Shown: positions 55,696 through 64,000 of the stretch, piece by piece
Layout: the number at the start of each line of letters is the position of its first letter
How positions within the stretch are numbered: the stretch's first letter is position 1
IMG/VR virus record: IMGVR_UViG_3300031867_000015
Location: 1 to 64,000 of that record
Reading direction: 5' to 3' (one strand)
From: a virus
Lineage: Duplodnaviria; Caudoviricetes
DNA length: 64,000 nucleotides
Notes under the pieces: model-generated
Databases searched by the model: none
Seen by the model: only the letters and a program-made list of their open reading frames with translations
What the model was told of the DNA's origin: nothing
Translations under genes and position numbers: made by a program

Positions 55696-56139
55696 TTATA
55701 CTTCGTGAATGTGCCATCCGTCTTTGTCAAGCAGGATATTATCTGCACATCTTTCCGCATTGTCTCCGCTGTTGTAAATGTCCATAATATATTTATCATC
55801 AATCACCTTTGTTAACTTCTGTAAATCCGCAAAGGATTTTCTTGTCTTGCTGTATGGAATTGTTCTAAACAATCCCAGTCCAGAAGATGAAGCCATACCA
55901 TTTCCACAAGAACTGAATTTACTGATATGCAGATTGATTTCCAGTCCTACCTGTCTAAAGTTCTGATACTTTTCCGAGAACCAAAGCTGTGCTTCGATAT
56001 ACTCAGTATCATTCAACTTGATGACCTTAACAGGCTGTTTCTCTCCGCTATGCATATAGAAATGTCTCAGGTCAAACTTCCAATTGTTTGACATTTTTTC
56101 GTTGTACTTCTGTACCTGTGCTGTTGTAATATTTGCCAT
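55696..56139 (-). CDS. hypothetical protein
   Basis: aggagg RBS. Confidence 0.6.
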   Translation of the reverse strand: MANITTAQVQKYNEKMSNNWKFDLRHFYMHSGEKQPVKVIKLNDTEYIEAQLWFSEKYQNFRQVGLEINLHISKFSSCGNGMASSSGLGLFRTIPYSKTRKSFADLQKLTKVIDDKYIMDIYNSGDNAERCADNILLDKDGWHIHEV

Positions 56140-56212
56140 AATATTTTCCTCCTAAATTGTATATATTTTACTCTATGCCATGCGAATATAAAATCCGCAT
56201 GGCTATTGTTTG

Positions 56213-56683
56213 TCAGCAAGTGAGTGTTGCTACCTTTATGGTGTCCACGAACTGTGAACCGTATATATCACGGATTCTGTTCATGGAATATCTTGAAGCC
56301 CTTCCTCCCTTCGTTTCATCATCCGCTAAGTAATAGCGTTTCTGCTTTGTGCTATATTGGAATCCCATTGACTTGATTTTTACAAGATACTTTCCTACGT
56401 TGTCAAGCCATATCCAACCGCCTATTATCTCGATACGGATATCCGAAAAGTGTATCAGCTTTTCAATTATCCCTCTAAACTTCTCAGGGACTTCTTTTGA
56501 AGCTTTTTCCTTTTCCTTTTTGTTTCCGTGAGTAGCGAAATACTTAATCATTTCATCGTATTCGCTGTTGATTTTCTGCATTGTCTCCACATCACCGCCC
56601 ATGTCAGGATGATATTTCCTGCACAGCTTGTGATATAATTTTTTCAGTTCATCCAGTGTCTTGACTTCTTTGAAAAAATTCAT
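56213..56683 (-). CDS. J-domain (DnaJ-like) protein
   Basis: ELKKLYHKLCRKYHPDMGGD..MQKINSEY; EIIGGWIWL. Confidence 0.85.
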   Translation of the reverse strand: MNFFKEVKTLDELKKLYHKLCRKYHPDMGGDVETMQKINSEYDEMIKYFATHGNKKEKEKASKEVPEKFRGIIEKLIHFSDIRIEIIGGWIWLDNVGKYLVKIKSMGFQYSTKQKRYYLADDETKGGRASRYSMNRIRDIYGSQFVDTIKVATLTC

Positions 56684-56736
56684 ATATGTTCCTCCGTTTC
56701 CAAAGAGTAAATTGTATATCTCTTTGCTATGGTTTA

Positions 56737-56765
56737 AGTATATCATACAATTCACTCTTTGTCAA
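56737..56765 (-). promoter_or_regulatory. sigmaA promoter with inverted operator pair
   Basis: TTGACA-17-TATACT; inverted operator copy at 56701-56716. Confidence 0.75.
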
Positions 56766-56795
56766 GTAGTTTTTATATATTTTTTTGTTTTAACT

Positions 56796-57026
56796 TTATC
56801 CCTCCCATTCTCCGTAAAGTCCCTGTGGCTTTTCAAAAAAGCTGTCGTTTTCTGCATCCACAAACACATCACAGGGCGCACGATGAAGCAGTTTTGATAT
56901 CTCAATAATAGCTTCATCCCTTGGTTTATCCGTTGTATATGTTCCTACTTGTGAAGCATAAGTCCACGAACCATCAGGAATTTTTGCGATAACTCCAAAA
57001 GTATAGGAAGTATAGGCTGTTTTCAT
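56796..57026 (-). CDS. hypothetical protein
   Basis: ORF in operon. Confidence 0.55.
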   Translation of the reverse strand: MKTAYTSYTFGVIAKIPDGSWTYASQVGTYTTDKPRDEAIIEISKLLHRAPCDVFVDAENDSFFEKPQGLYGEWEG

Positions 57027-57220
57027 TCTTCATCATCCTCCATATAATCATAGTCAATATCAAGTTTATCCATAAGTTCTTCCAATGCCATGACCTGTGC
57101 AGAACACCACTGATACTGCTCTCTTTTCCGAACGCTTCTTCTGTCCTCATCGTATGCCTTTTCAGCTTCTTCCTCTGCCTTTAAACATTCCGCATAATAT
57201 TCAAGTATTTTCTGTTCCAT
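57023..57220 (-). CDS. hypothetical protein
   Basis: aggagg RBS. Confidence 0.55.
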   Translation of the reverse strand: MEQKILEYYAECLKAEEEAEKAYDEDRRSVRKREQYQWCSAQVMALEELMDKLDIDYDYMEDDEE

Positions 57221-57224
57221 GATA

Positions 57225-57449
57225 TTATCCTCCTATCTTTTCCGATATGATTTCCAGTACCCTTTTCTGTGTAGGAATATCCCACATACCGCCTGTACTG
57301 AATCCATCAATGGTCATATTCTGAATAGACTTTCCATAAAGTTTGATACCTATGATATGACCATCAACTTCAAAAGTTCCGTTTAACCATTCGTTTTTGA
57401 AGTTGCGCATATGGTTTTTAACCATTGCAAGAAATTCCGCTTTATTCAT
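57225..57449 (-). CDS. hypothetical protein
   Basis: aggagg RBS. Confidence 0.6.
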   Translation of the reverse strand: MNKAEFLAMVKNHMRNFKNEWLNGTFEVDGHIIGIKLYGKSIQNMTIDGFSTGGMWDIPTQKRVLEIISEKIGG

Positions 57450-57502
57450 AATAATCCTCCTTATGTATCATAGAGCAAATTGTATATCTTTGCTGTGATT
57501 AT

Positions 57503-57531
57503 ATTATATCATATACAATTTGCTCTGTCAA
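57503..57531 (-). promoter_or_regulatory. sigmaA promoter with inverted operator pair
   Basis: TTGACA-17-TATAAT; inverted operator copy at 57469-57484. Confidence 0.8.
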
Positions 57532-57558
57532 TAGCTTTTTAAAAAGTTTTTATTTTAA

Positions 57559-58047
57559 TTAATCCGTAACTCTTACAGTTTCCTCAAACGGATTAATCTC
57601 AATGTCAATTGAACCTGTTGTATCATCCGTAAACTCATAATAGATATGCGCTGTTGTAATTTCCGATATAGTCAGTTCATACTGTCTACACGGCTCTCCA
57701 TTTACAAAGTCTATCTCATAATAGAGCATAAGATTATCCACAAAATCTTCACGCTCCATATATTCAGTTGTGTAATTTTCCCACGCTATATCAACAATAG
57801 TTTCCTCATCAAGCGTGATTTCGTTTCCATACGTGCAGTTATCTTCGTACCGTTTCCGTACTCCTACGGCATCCGCTATGGTTAATTCTCCGTCACCGTT
57901 GAAGTCAAGGTGTTCATGGTATTCCTCATTGATTACCTTATCAATTATGATATCTGATATCTCAGGGGATATCCATGAATGATAGTTTTCCGCAGGTTGT
58001 GGTGTACCTGCAAGAAGTGAAAAGCACATAAATAAAGTTTTTAACAT
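57559..58047 (-). CDS. secreted protein with single dockerin/EF-hand-like repeat
   Basis: hydrophobic N-terminus; LDFNGDGELTIADAV. Confidence 0.7.
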   Translation of the reverse strand: MLKTLFMCFSLLAGTPQPAENYHSWISPEISDIIIDKVINEEYHEHLDFNGDGELTIADAVGVRKRYEDNCTYGNEITLDEETIVDIAWENYTTEYMEREDFVDNLMLYYEIDFVNGEPCRQYELTISEITTAHIYYEFTDDTTGSIDIEINPFEETVRVTD

Positions 58048-58288
58048 GATTATTCCTCCGTATAGTCTGTATCATCATATTCGCATGGTGCTTTATCGTC
58101 AGGGCATCGGTTCTCCCAGTGACAACAAGCACGTTCTTCGTCATCTTCTTTCCAGAAGTAGCAACAGTAACGTATGGTTCACCTATAGTCAATGATGTTT
58201 CCAGACCTATTGCATTAGCCTTCTTTGCGAACCTGTTAAACTGCTTTTGCAGTTCTTCCAAACGGTTCATAAAAATCGTCATTTCCAT
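57962..58288 (-). pseudogene. probable out-of-frame fusion of two genes
   Basis: 3' part reads YCCYFWKEDDEERACCHW..APCEYDDTDYTEE* in another frame, ending at 58050. Confidence 0.45.
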
Positions 58289-58367
58289 AACAGTACCTCC
58301 GTGATATGTATTAAGTGCAATGGCACTTTATGAAGCCTATCGAAAAATCCGATAGGCTTGAAAAATG

Positions 58368-58568
58368 TCAATACACAAAGTCAGTGTAAACAGTTTTGTT
58401 TCCGTCAAAGTATCGTGAATAGCTGATATCGTCACATCTTCCGCAGTCGTATTTCTTTTCAGTTCTGTCATATTCTCCCTTGATGTAAACTTGACTATCT
58501 GTAACGTGCTTTTCTCCATGTGGTTTAAGGGCGAATAAATCGCCCTTTTTGAGTTCTTTTAATTTCAT
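58368..58568 (-). CDS. hypothetical protein
   Basis: MKLKELKKGDLF..VYIKGEYDR..VYTDF. Confidence 0.65.
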   Translation of the reverse strand: MKLKELKKGDLFALKPHGEKHVTDSQVYIKGEYDRTEKKYDCGRCDDISYSRYFDGNKTVYTDFVY

Positions 58569-58569
58569 A

Positions 58570-59151
58570 TTATCCCTCCATTGGCATTGGTGTTAATCCG
58601 TAGTCAGCACATTTGCTGACTACTTCATTGTATGTAAGTTCCTTGACAATACGCATATTACCTGCAATTATCCAAGTTCCAAACATATTTGGATTGGTCT
58701 TGTAACGGTAATATCCGTGAAGGTCTACCATTTCAAGCTGTGCATTTTTAGGAATGATTTTTCCCTGTTTGTTTCTGCCTTTTTCGTTTGCCATAGGCTG
58801 ACAGTCAACAGTTGTTTCATATTCCACTAAGCACCAAACATGGTCTTTTTTCTGCACTTTGTTAAAACGTCTGCCTGTATTCTTTTCCAGTTCTGCACCA
58901 TTATCGCAATAGTGTTTTCCGTATATGTGCGTAACATACGGACATTCCTCGTTTAAGTGCCAACCGCCACGGTAAGCAAGTTCTCCAAGCTTGCTTTTAA
59001 CCTTGCCAGACTTTGTGCGTTCTCCGCACTTTGCGAACATCCATGTATTCATGGGAAGGATTTCACTTGCATTGACATACAAGGGATGAAGATTTCCCTT
59101 GCTGTCTTTTCTGAAAAGTTTATATCCGTGAGCTGTTTTGATAATACTCAT
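58570..59151 (-). CDS. hypothetical protein
   Basis: GYKLFR..LHPLYV..LAYRGGWH..YRYKTNP..WIIAG. Confidence 0.7.
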   Translation of the reverse strand: MSIIKTAHGYKLFRKDSKGNLHPLYVNASEILPMNTWMFAKCGERTKSGKVKSKLGELAYRGGWHLNEECPYVTHIYGKHYCDNGAELEKNTGRRFNKVQKKDHVWCLVEYETTVDCQPMANEKGRNKQGKIIPKNAQLEMVDLHGYYRYKTNPNMFGTWIIAGNMRIVKELTYNEVVSKCADYGLTPMPMEG

Positions 59152-59474
59152 GATTATTTCCTCCTATTATGTATTTAGTAGTATTTCCAGTAGTCAGGGC
59201 TTTAGACCTTTTGACTGGTAACAAGCTACATTAACGGTGCATCCGCACCGCCTATCTGTATTCGTATCTGTATTCGGTGGACGTTCCGCAAGTTGTGGGA
59301 TATTCCCTCCCTTGCTTTCCGTGATGTTGGTATGATATTCAGTTGACGGAATTTCCTCCGCTGTCTGCATTGGAATTTCCGTCAGAATCTTTGCGTATGG
59401 TGGTAGTTCCGCAAGGTAATCAAAATACGTTGTCCCTTGCCAAAGGTAAAAACGTCTATGGTATTTTCTTGTCA

Positions 59475-59747
59475 TTATTCCTCATCCTCCTTAATGAATA
59501 AGTGTACACAGTCAACCATGAAGTCAAAGGCAAAACTGCTGAAAGTTCCACCGTATTCAATATACAGTGAGTTGTCAGAGTGTTCCCAGATATCACGGCA
59601 TATTGCTATGATATCCGCATCACTCATGCACTGGTCTGCACGTTTCAGCATAGCGGAATAATCCGCATTATTGCCCTTTGTGTACATTCTGTTCTTAATG
59701 CAGTAGTTGCGAACCTCGTCCGCAAACATTGTTTTGTCAATTGTCAT
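59475..59747 (-). CDS. hypothetical protein
   Basis: VRNYCIKNRMYTKGNNADY. Confidence 0.6.
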   Translation of the reverse strand: MTIDKTMFADEVRNYCIKNRMYTKGNNADYSAMLKRADQCMSDADIIAICRDIWEHSDNSLYIEYGGTFSSFAFDFMVDCVHLFIKEDEE

Positions 59748-59841
59748 AATTCATTCCTCCATATGAAAATTAGCATCCGTCTACTTTGGATATGACGGAG
59801 TAGCTTTAAAGGACTACGTTTCCGCAGTCCTCCCATCAGCG

Positions 59842-60024
59842 TTATGCTTTTTCGTCTATTGAAAAGTAAGTGTAGAACAGTTCTACAGCGGATTCATCGT
59901 CAATGTTAGTTCCAGATTCCAGAAGTCTATCTTCCAGATAGTCCTGACATTCGTTAAATGTTCCAGAGAACACAACGTCAGCAAAATTGCCGATTTGTTC
60001 CCATACCTGATATGTTTTCTCCAT
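59842..60024 (-). CDS. hypothetical protein
   Basis: ggaggt RBS. Confidence 0.55.
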   Translation of the reverse strand: MEKTYQVWEQIGNFADVVFSGTFNECQDYLEDRLLESGTNIDDESAVELFYTYFSIDEKA

Positions 60025-60064
60025 GATATACCTCCATTTTTATTATACAATTCATTCTTTGTTA

Positions 60065-60382
60065 TTAAACGAATGAAAAGTCGCTTTTTATAACCTCGAA
60101 TCCGATTGACTCTTGGTTGAAGGCTTGCTTTAAGGCGAGAGCCAGTCTTTTCATGCTCTCAATGTCAATGCCTGACACTTCGATTCTGAGTGTAGGCTCT
60201 TGTACAATCTCACCATTTTCGTGAGTGTACACTCCGCAGGCTTCGGTAATTGTACCAAAGCCGATGATCTCCGTGAGAAGATTTGAAGCCACTTTGTAAG
60301 CGTCAAGAGTTGACACTTCCTGAGCCTTTGAATCCTTGTCGAATAAGCCACAGAATAAAATTACCTTAGTTGCATTTGTCAT
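60065..60382 (-). CDS. hypothetical protein
   Basis: GLFDKDSKAQ..GVYTHENG..FNQESI. Confidence 0.65.
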   Translation of the reverse strand: MTNATKVILFCGLFDKDSKAQEVSTLDAYKVASNLLTEIIGFGTITEACGVYTHENGEIVQEPTLRIEVSGIDIESMKRLALALKQAFNQESIGFEVIKSDFSFV

Positions 60383-60459
60383 AATATACCTCCGTTTAAA
60401 GTCCATGAGACTATGTAATTGGTGCCAATCATAGCGGATTTACGCTAATCTTGACATAA

Positions 60460-61245
60460 ATAAAGCGGTAAATCGTAAGAAATACCGCTTGACAAATCAG
60501 ATAAATTATGATAAAATCAGTATGTAGGATTAGTCACTCAGATTAGCCAATTGTAGCTTATTGCCAATTATGGCAACTTCGGTTACTCACAGGTACAATA
60601 CTCTCATATTGCCGAGGGCTTCACAGCCTATCGTTTTACCCACCATCTGCATACAAGCTATAAAATACAGATGCATTTATTTTGACTATTTTTCACGCTA
60701 AGAGTGTATTCTTGCAAACGCACCCAACCCTAATCAGTACACGATTTAAGACGGTTTTAAGACTTTCAGCTTTTTATCTCACAAGTCAAAATAGAGAACT
60801 ACCAATATTTTGACCACGTTCCCCTGACAGATGTATGCATCCTAAGCCGTTTTACTTCCCATTTGTCACTTTAGTAAAACTACCCCCGATACACCTAACA
60901 CTACTTACAGATGTAAAGTCTGTTTTTGTGCGTTTTCAGTCAATTCGTGCTGTTTATTACAGCTTTACTTGCCTACTTTTCGCATCCGTGATACTTTAGT
61001 CAAACTACTATTTACCGCTTTACGTTGTGCTTTTTGGTTTAGCTGTAAAAAGATACAGCACCCCCCACGGCTCACTACAACACTTTTATCGTCAAATACA
61101 TGGAGTTAGAGCGTTCTCACTTGCATTGACTATCAGATTTTAGGTTACTGCAAACCACCTTTTTGCTATAGTATACCCCATAGACTTATAGGAAGGCTAT
61201 TCCTACGATGAACATTCAGCAAGTCTTTTTCAAGTCCCTTGCTAT
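60460..61245 (-). ncRNA. candidate large (~790 nt) structured non-coding RNA
   Basis: promoter at 61280-61252, terminator-like hairpin at 60463-60490, no ORF >=60 aa or clear RBS, many helices. Confidence 0.45.
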
Positions 61246-61247
61246 GG

Positions 61248-61474
61248 TTTTATTCTATCACATATTCACGAATTTGTCAACTGTCAAATTGCACAAACTT
61301 TAAACCGTGTTTTTGTGATATCTGATAAACTACATTGAAAAGCACTTTTCAGCTTTTTCAAGCTGTTTTTGTGTTTTGTTCATTTCGTTTACCGTGATTT
61401 TATTCTATCACATATTCACGAATTTGTCAACTGTCAAATTGCACAAACTTTAAACCGTGTTTTTGTGATATCTG
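61248..61474. repeat. 77-bp direct repeat x2 (period 150), each with a - strand sigmaA promoter
   Basis: 61248-61324 identical to 61398-61474; TTGACA-17-TAGAAT in each. Confidence 0.9.
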
Positions 61475-63615
61475 TCAATCGGAGCAAATCAAACATTTTT
61501 CAACTTTTTCAAGCTGTTTTGTGTTGTTGTCTGTTGACAGTTATTATTATAGCCGATATTGCACACGATGTCAATACTTTTTTTGACGTTCTACCTTTTG
61601 CACATATAATTATTGTTTTGCGATATCTTGTGTTGTATAAAATGCACTAAAAAAGGAAGAAAAATATACTCGATGTAGAAGTTCGGGTATATCTGATATT
61701 GATTTTTATACTGTCTGTATACTCTCTTTATATTCTAATAGGTATTATAATATTAATACCTATTAAATACAAAGAGAGCAATACGTTCATTTGATTTGCA
61801 AATAAGTTCTTATGAACCTATTACTATCAGAGCTGGAAACTGTATATACTGTATATGTACAATATATACAGTTTTGTAGTCCCGATAGATTCAACAGATA
61901 GTATAAATTATGTATCATTGGTTTACTATTTGTATATTTTGCGACCGTGTAAACCTTTACTTTTTGTATAGTCTATTTATGGCTATTTATAGCGGTTTAT
62001 TCACTGTTGAATAAAAATATACGATACTTTTTGAATATTTTTCAAATTGAATTTGACTGAATGTATAATAATTATTGTTTTTCAATATCAGTTTATTGAA
62101 TAACAATATTATTGTTAACATAGTAAACTAAATAGATGATATCAGGCTGTTTTGTAAAAAGATAAAATAAAATAGTCTTTTTGTGTTGTCTCAAAACAGT
62201 GTTTAAAATGCTTTTTGACGGCTTTTTATTATCGGAATGATATTATATTACCCATATGTTACAAAGGGCATTAGAAACGATTTTGCTGTTTTGTAGCGAT
62301 ATACGGTAGTTTGAAGGCTGTTGAAAACTTTGCTTTAATTGTTGAAAGTTGTATACATTGCACAAATGTATTCATTAAGTAGTGAATATTCATGAAGATA
62401 GATTCGGAGTTTATGCCTATATTTCGGATAGAATCGGGATTTTATGAATATGAATATTCAGTATTTTGTGTATATTTTAGTGTGTTTTGGTGTTATATTA
62501 CTTATTGTTTATTTGTATGGTATTTATACAGATTGTTATTGAAGTGAATGTGTTATAGGTATAGACTATTAATTTTATTTGTGTTATTGGTTTTAGTTAT
62601 ATATTATTGGTGCATTGGTTATGTGTTATGTTTTGATATCGGTATGATATCAAAATGATATCAAAAAATAAAAGTGTTGCAATTGCAACAAAACTACCGA
62701 CAAAATCACTGTAAACTAAAATTGCTTTACATATGTATATGGATATTATATAACAGCATTAAAAAAATATATATGAATGATTCTTCAATTGTTAAAGATT
62801 TATCGTATACTATTATAATATAAAAGGGAAATGTGTTAGGCGGTACTAACAGTAGGAAATGTGCGAACCTACTGTTAGCAAGCCCTAACTTGGCGATATA
62901 TAGGGGATTGGTTTACATCGTAAAATCTTTTAACAACTGTTTTACACGGTAAAGGTATTCCATTCACAGCCTTCAAAAAAAATTACATACACTTCATATG
63001 CACCTTATATACACTTCACATACATTCCAAAATGCAATTCAAAATCATATAACTTCACACATACTCTTATTGCTTCTCCCCCTCACCTCTCTCCCTCAAA
63101 ACTATCCCTTATCAGATATCGGCTTAATACATTCAATATAATATCTAATATTAAATTTCAAATAAACATCTCTTAATTCCTAAAAACTTAATCTAATCCA
63201 ATCAAGAACGTATCTATCCTATTATTTTATTATCTATATAATTAATCACTTTATAATACTCCTATTCGCTCTACAATAAACTACAATCAATTCTAACAAC
63301 ATAAGTAGTGTAACTATATTCTAATTAATACAAAGCCTTACAGCGCATTTAAAAGCGTATTATAATACTATAAAATATTTCCCATTCAATAAATAAAAAA
63401 CAAGTCAGATAGTTTTACCTTTAAGCGGATGCGAAGCAGACGATTAAAGGTAAATCTGATTATGCGAGTATGAGAACGAGCGGAGCGAATGTTCTCATAC
63501 GGCAGAATCAGACAATGCCATAGGCTACAATTAAGATAGTATTAATTAATAATCCAGTGTAAAAAATTGGGGGTATGTTTAATAGTAGCTATGCAACAAT
63601 TTTTGTAACGGTCTA

Positions 63616-63644
63616 TTGACAAAGAGTAAATTGTATGTTATAAT
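63616..63644 (+). promoter_or_regulatory. rightward sigmaA promoter with the same operator
   Basis: TTGACAaagagtaaattgtatgtTATAAT. Confidence 0.85.
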
Positions 63645-63932
63645 ATAAGTTAGAATGTGAGATGATAATTGTAGGATATTGTGAAGATAATTGCCCGAAC
63701 TCCGATTCTCTCCGTTCGTTCACTTATCTTCACGAACAATAATCCGCAAGCGGCTTATTGTTCCATCTCTTTTTTGTTTTTTATTTATTATTAATTATAT
63801 TATATATATTTATATTAATTATATTATATATTAATTATTGGCAAGCGTATCGGGTGTGTGTATTACGAGCAACGTAAACGACCAAAATCGGGACTATTTG
63901 CCTATGTATAGCGGTTTTTTAGGAATTGCACC

Positions 63933-63984
63933 CTCGCCTGAAATGTCCGAAAAAGGGGGTGTTTCTCGCCTGAAATGTCCGAAA
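63933..63984 (+). repeat. 20-bp direct repeat x2 (iteron-like)
   Basis: ctcgcctgaaatgtccgaaa at 63933 and 63965. Confidence 0.8.
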
Positions 63985-64000
63985 TTTTTAAAAACCTCTT

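Noticed and set aside
3382-59795. Numerous + strand ORFs of 60-240 aa in the ORF track (e.g. 38528-39241, 10895-11377)
   Set aside because: Antisense shadows of well-supported - strand genes, with no RBS or recognisable motifs; only 44553-44768 is retained.
61369-61650. 93-aa ORF in the non-coding region
   Set aside because: It runs antisense through the promoter-containing repeat, has no RBS and has an implausible composition.
1-64000. CRISPR array
   Set aside because: No run of equal repeats with unique spacers; the repeats at 61248 and 63933 have only two copies each.
1-64000. Arbitrium system, diversity-generating retroelement or retron
   Set aside because: No TPR-type AimR with peptide gene and no reverse transcriptase in this window.

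Overview
AT-rich 64 kb segment of a large, probably temperate, SPbeta-like phage of a Gram-positive anaerobe. Two dockerin-bearing genes suggest a cellulosome-producing Ruminococcus host (inference). Layout: 1-2.7 kb (+), end of the late region with the lysis cassette (holin, M15 peptidase endolysin). 3-39 kb (-), nucleotide metabolism (dut, NT5C, nrdD, gmk, thyX) and replication (recD2, dnaE, recJ, primase, helicase, AAA ATPase, SSB in SPbeta yorF-yorL order), plus methyltransferases, a PAPS-reductase-family protein, a macrodomain, a radical SAM cassette and an RNA ligase. 39.6-41.4 kb, four tRNAs with structured spacers. 41.7-44.8 kb, a LexA-boxed MazF, TnpB, a tyrosine recombinase and a small regulator. 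44.8-60.4 kb, many small early genes behind sigmaA promoters that share one operator motif. 60.4-64 kb, a non-coding divergence region. Main finding: a transposase-less TnpB sits in the 3' end of the recombinase gene, supplies a recoded replacement C-terminus, and its predicted guide is the displaced original gene end, as expected for an RNA-guided homing endonuclease. Two HNH endonucleases leave analogous gene-end scars. Also notable: secreted phage dockerins, a candidate ~790-nt ncRNA, and strong strand-polarised TCCG enrichment in the early region. All calls were made by eye without database searches, and motif counts are manual.
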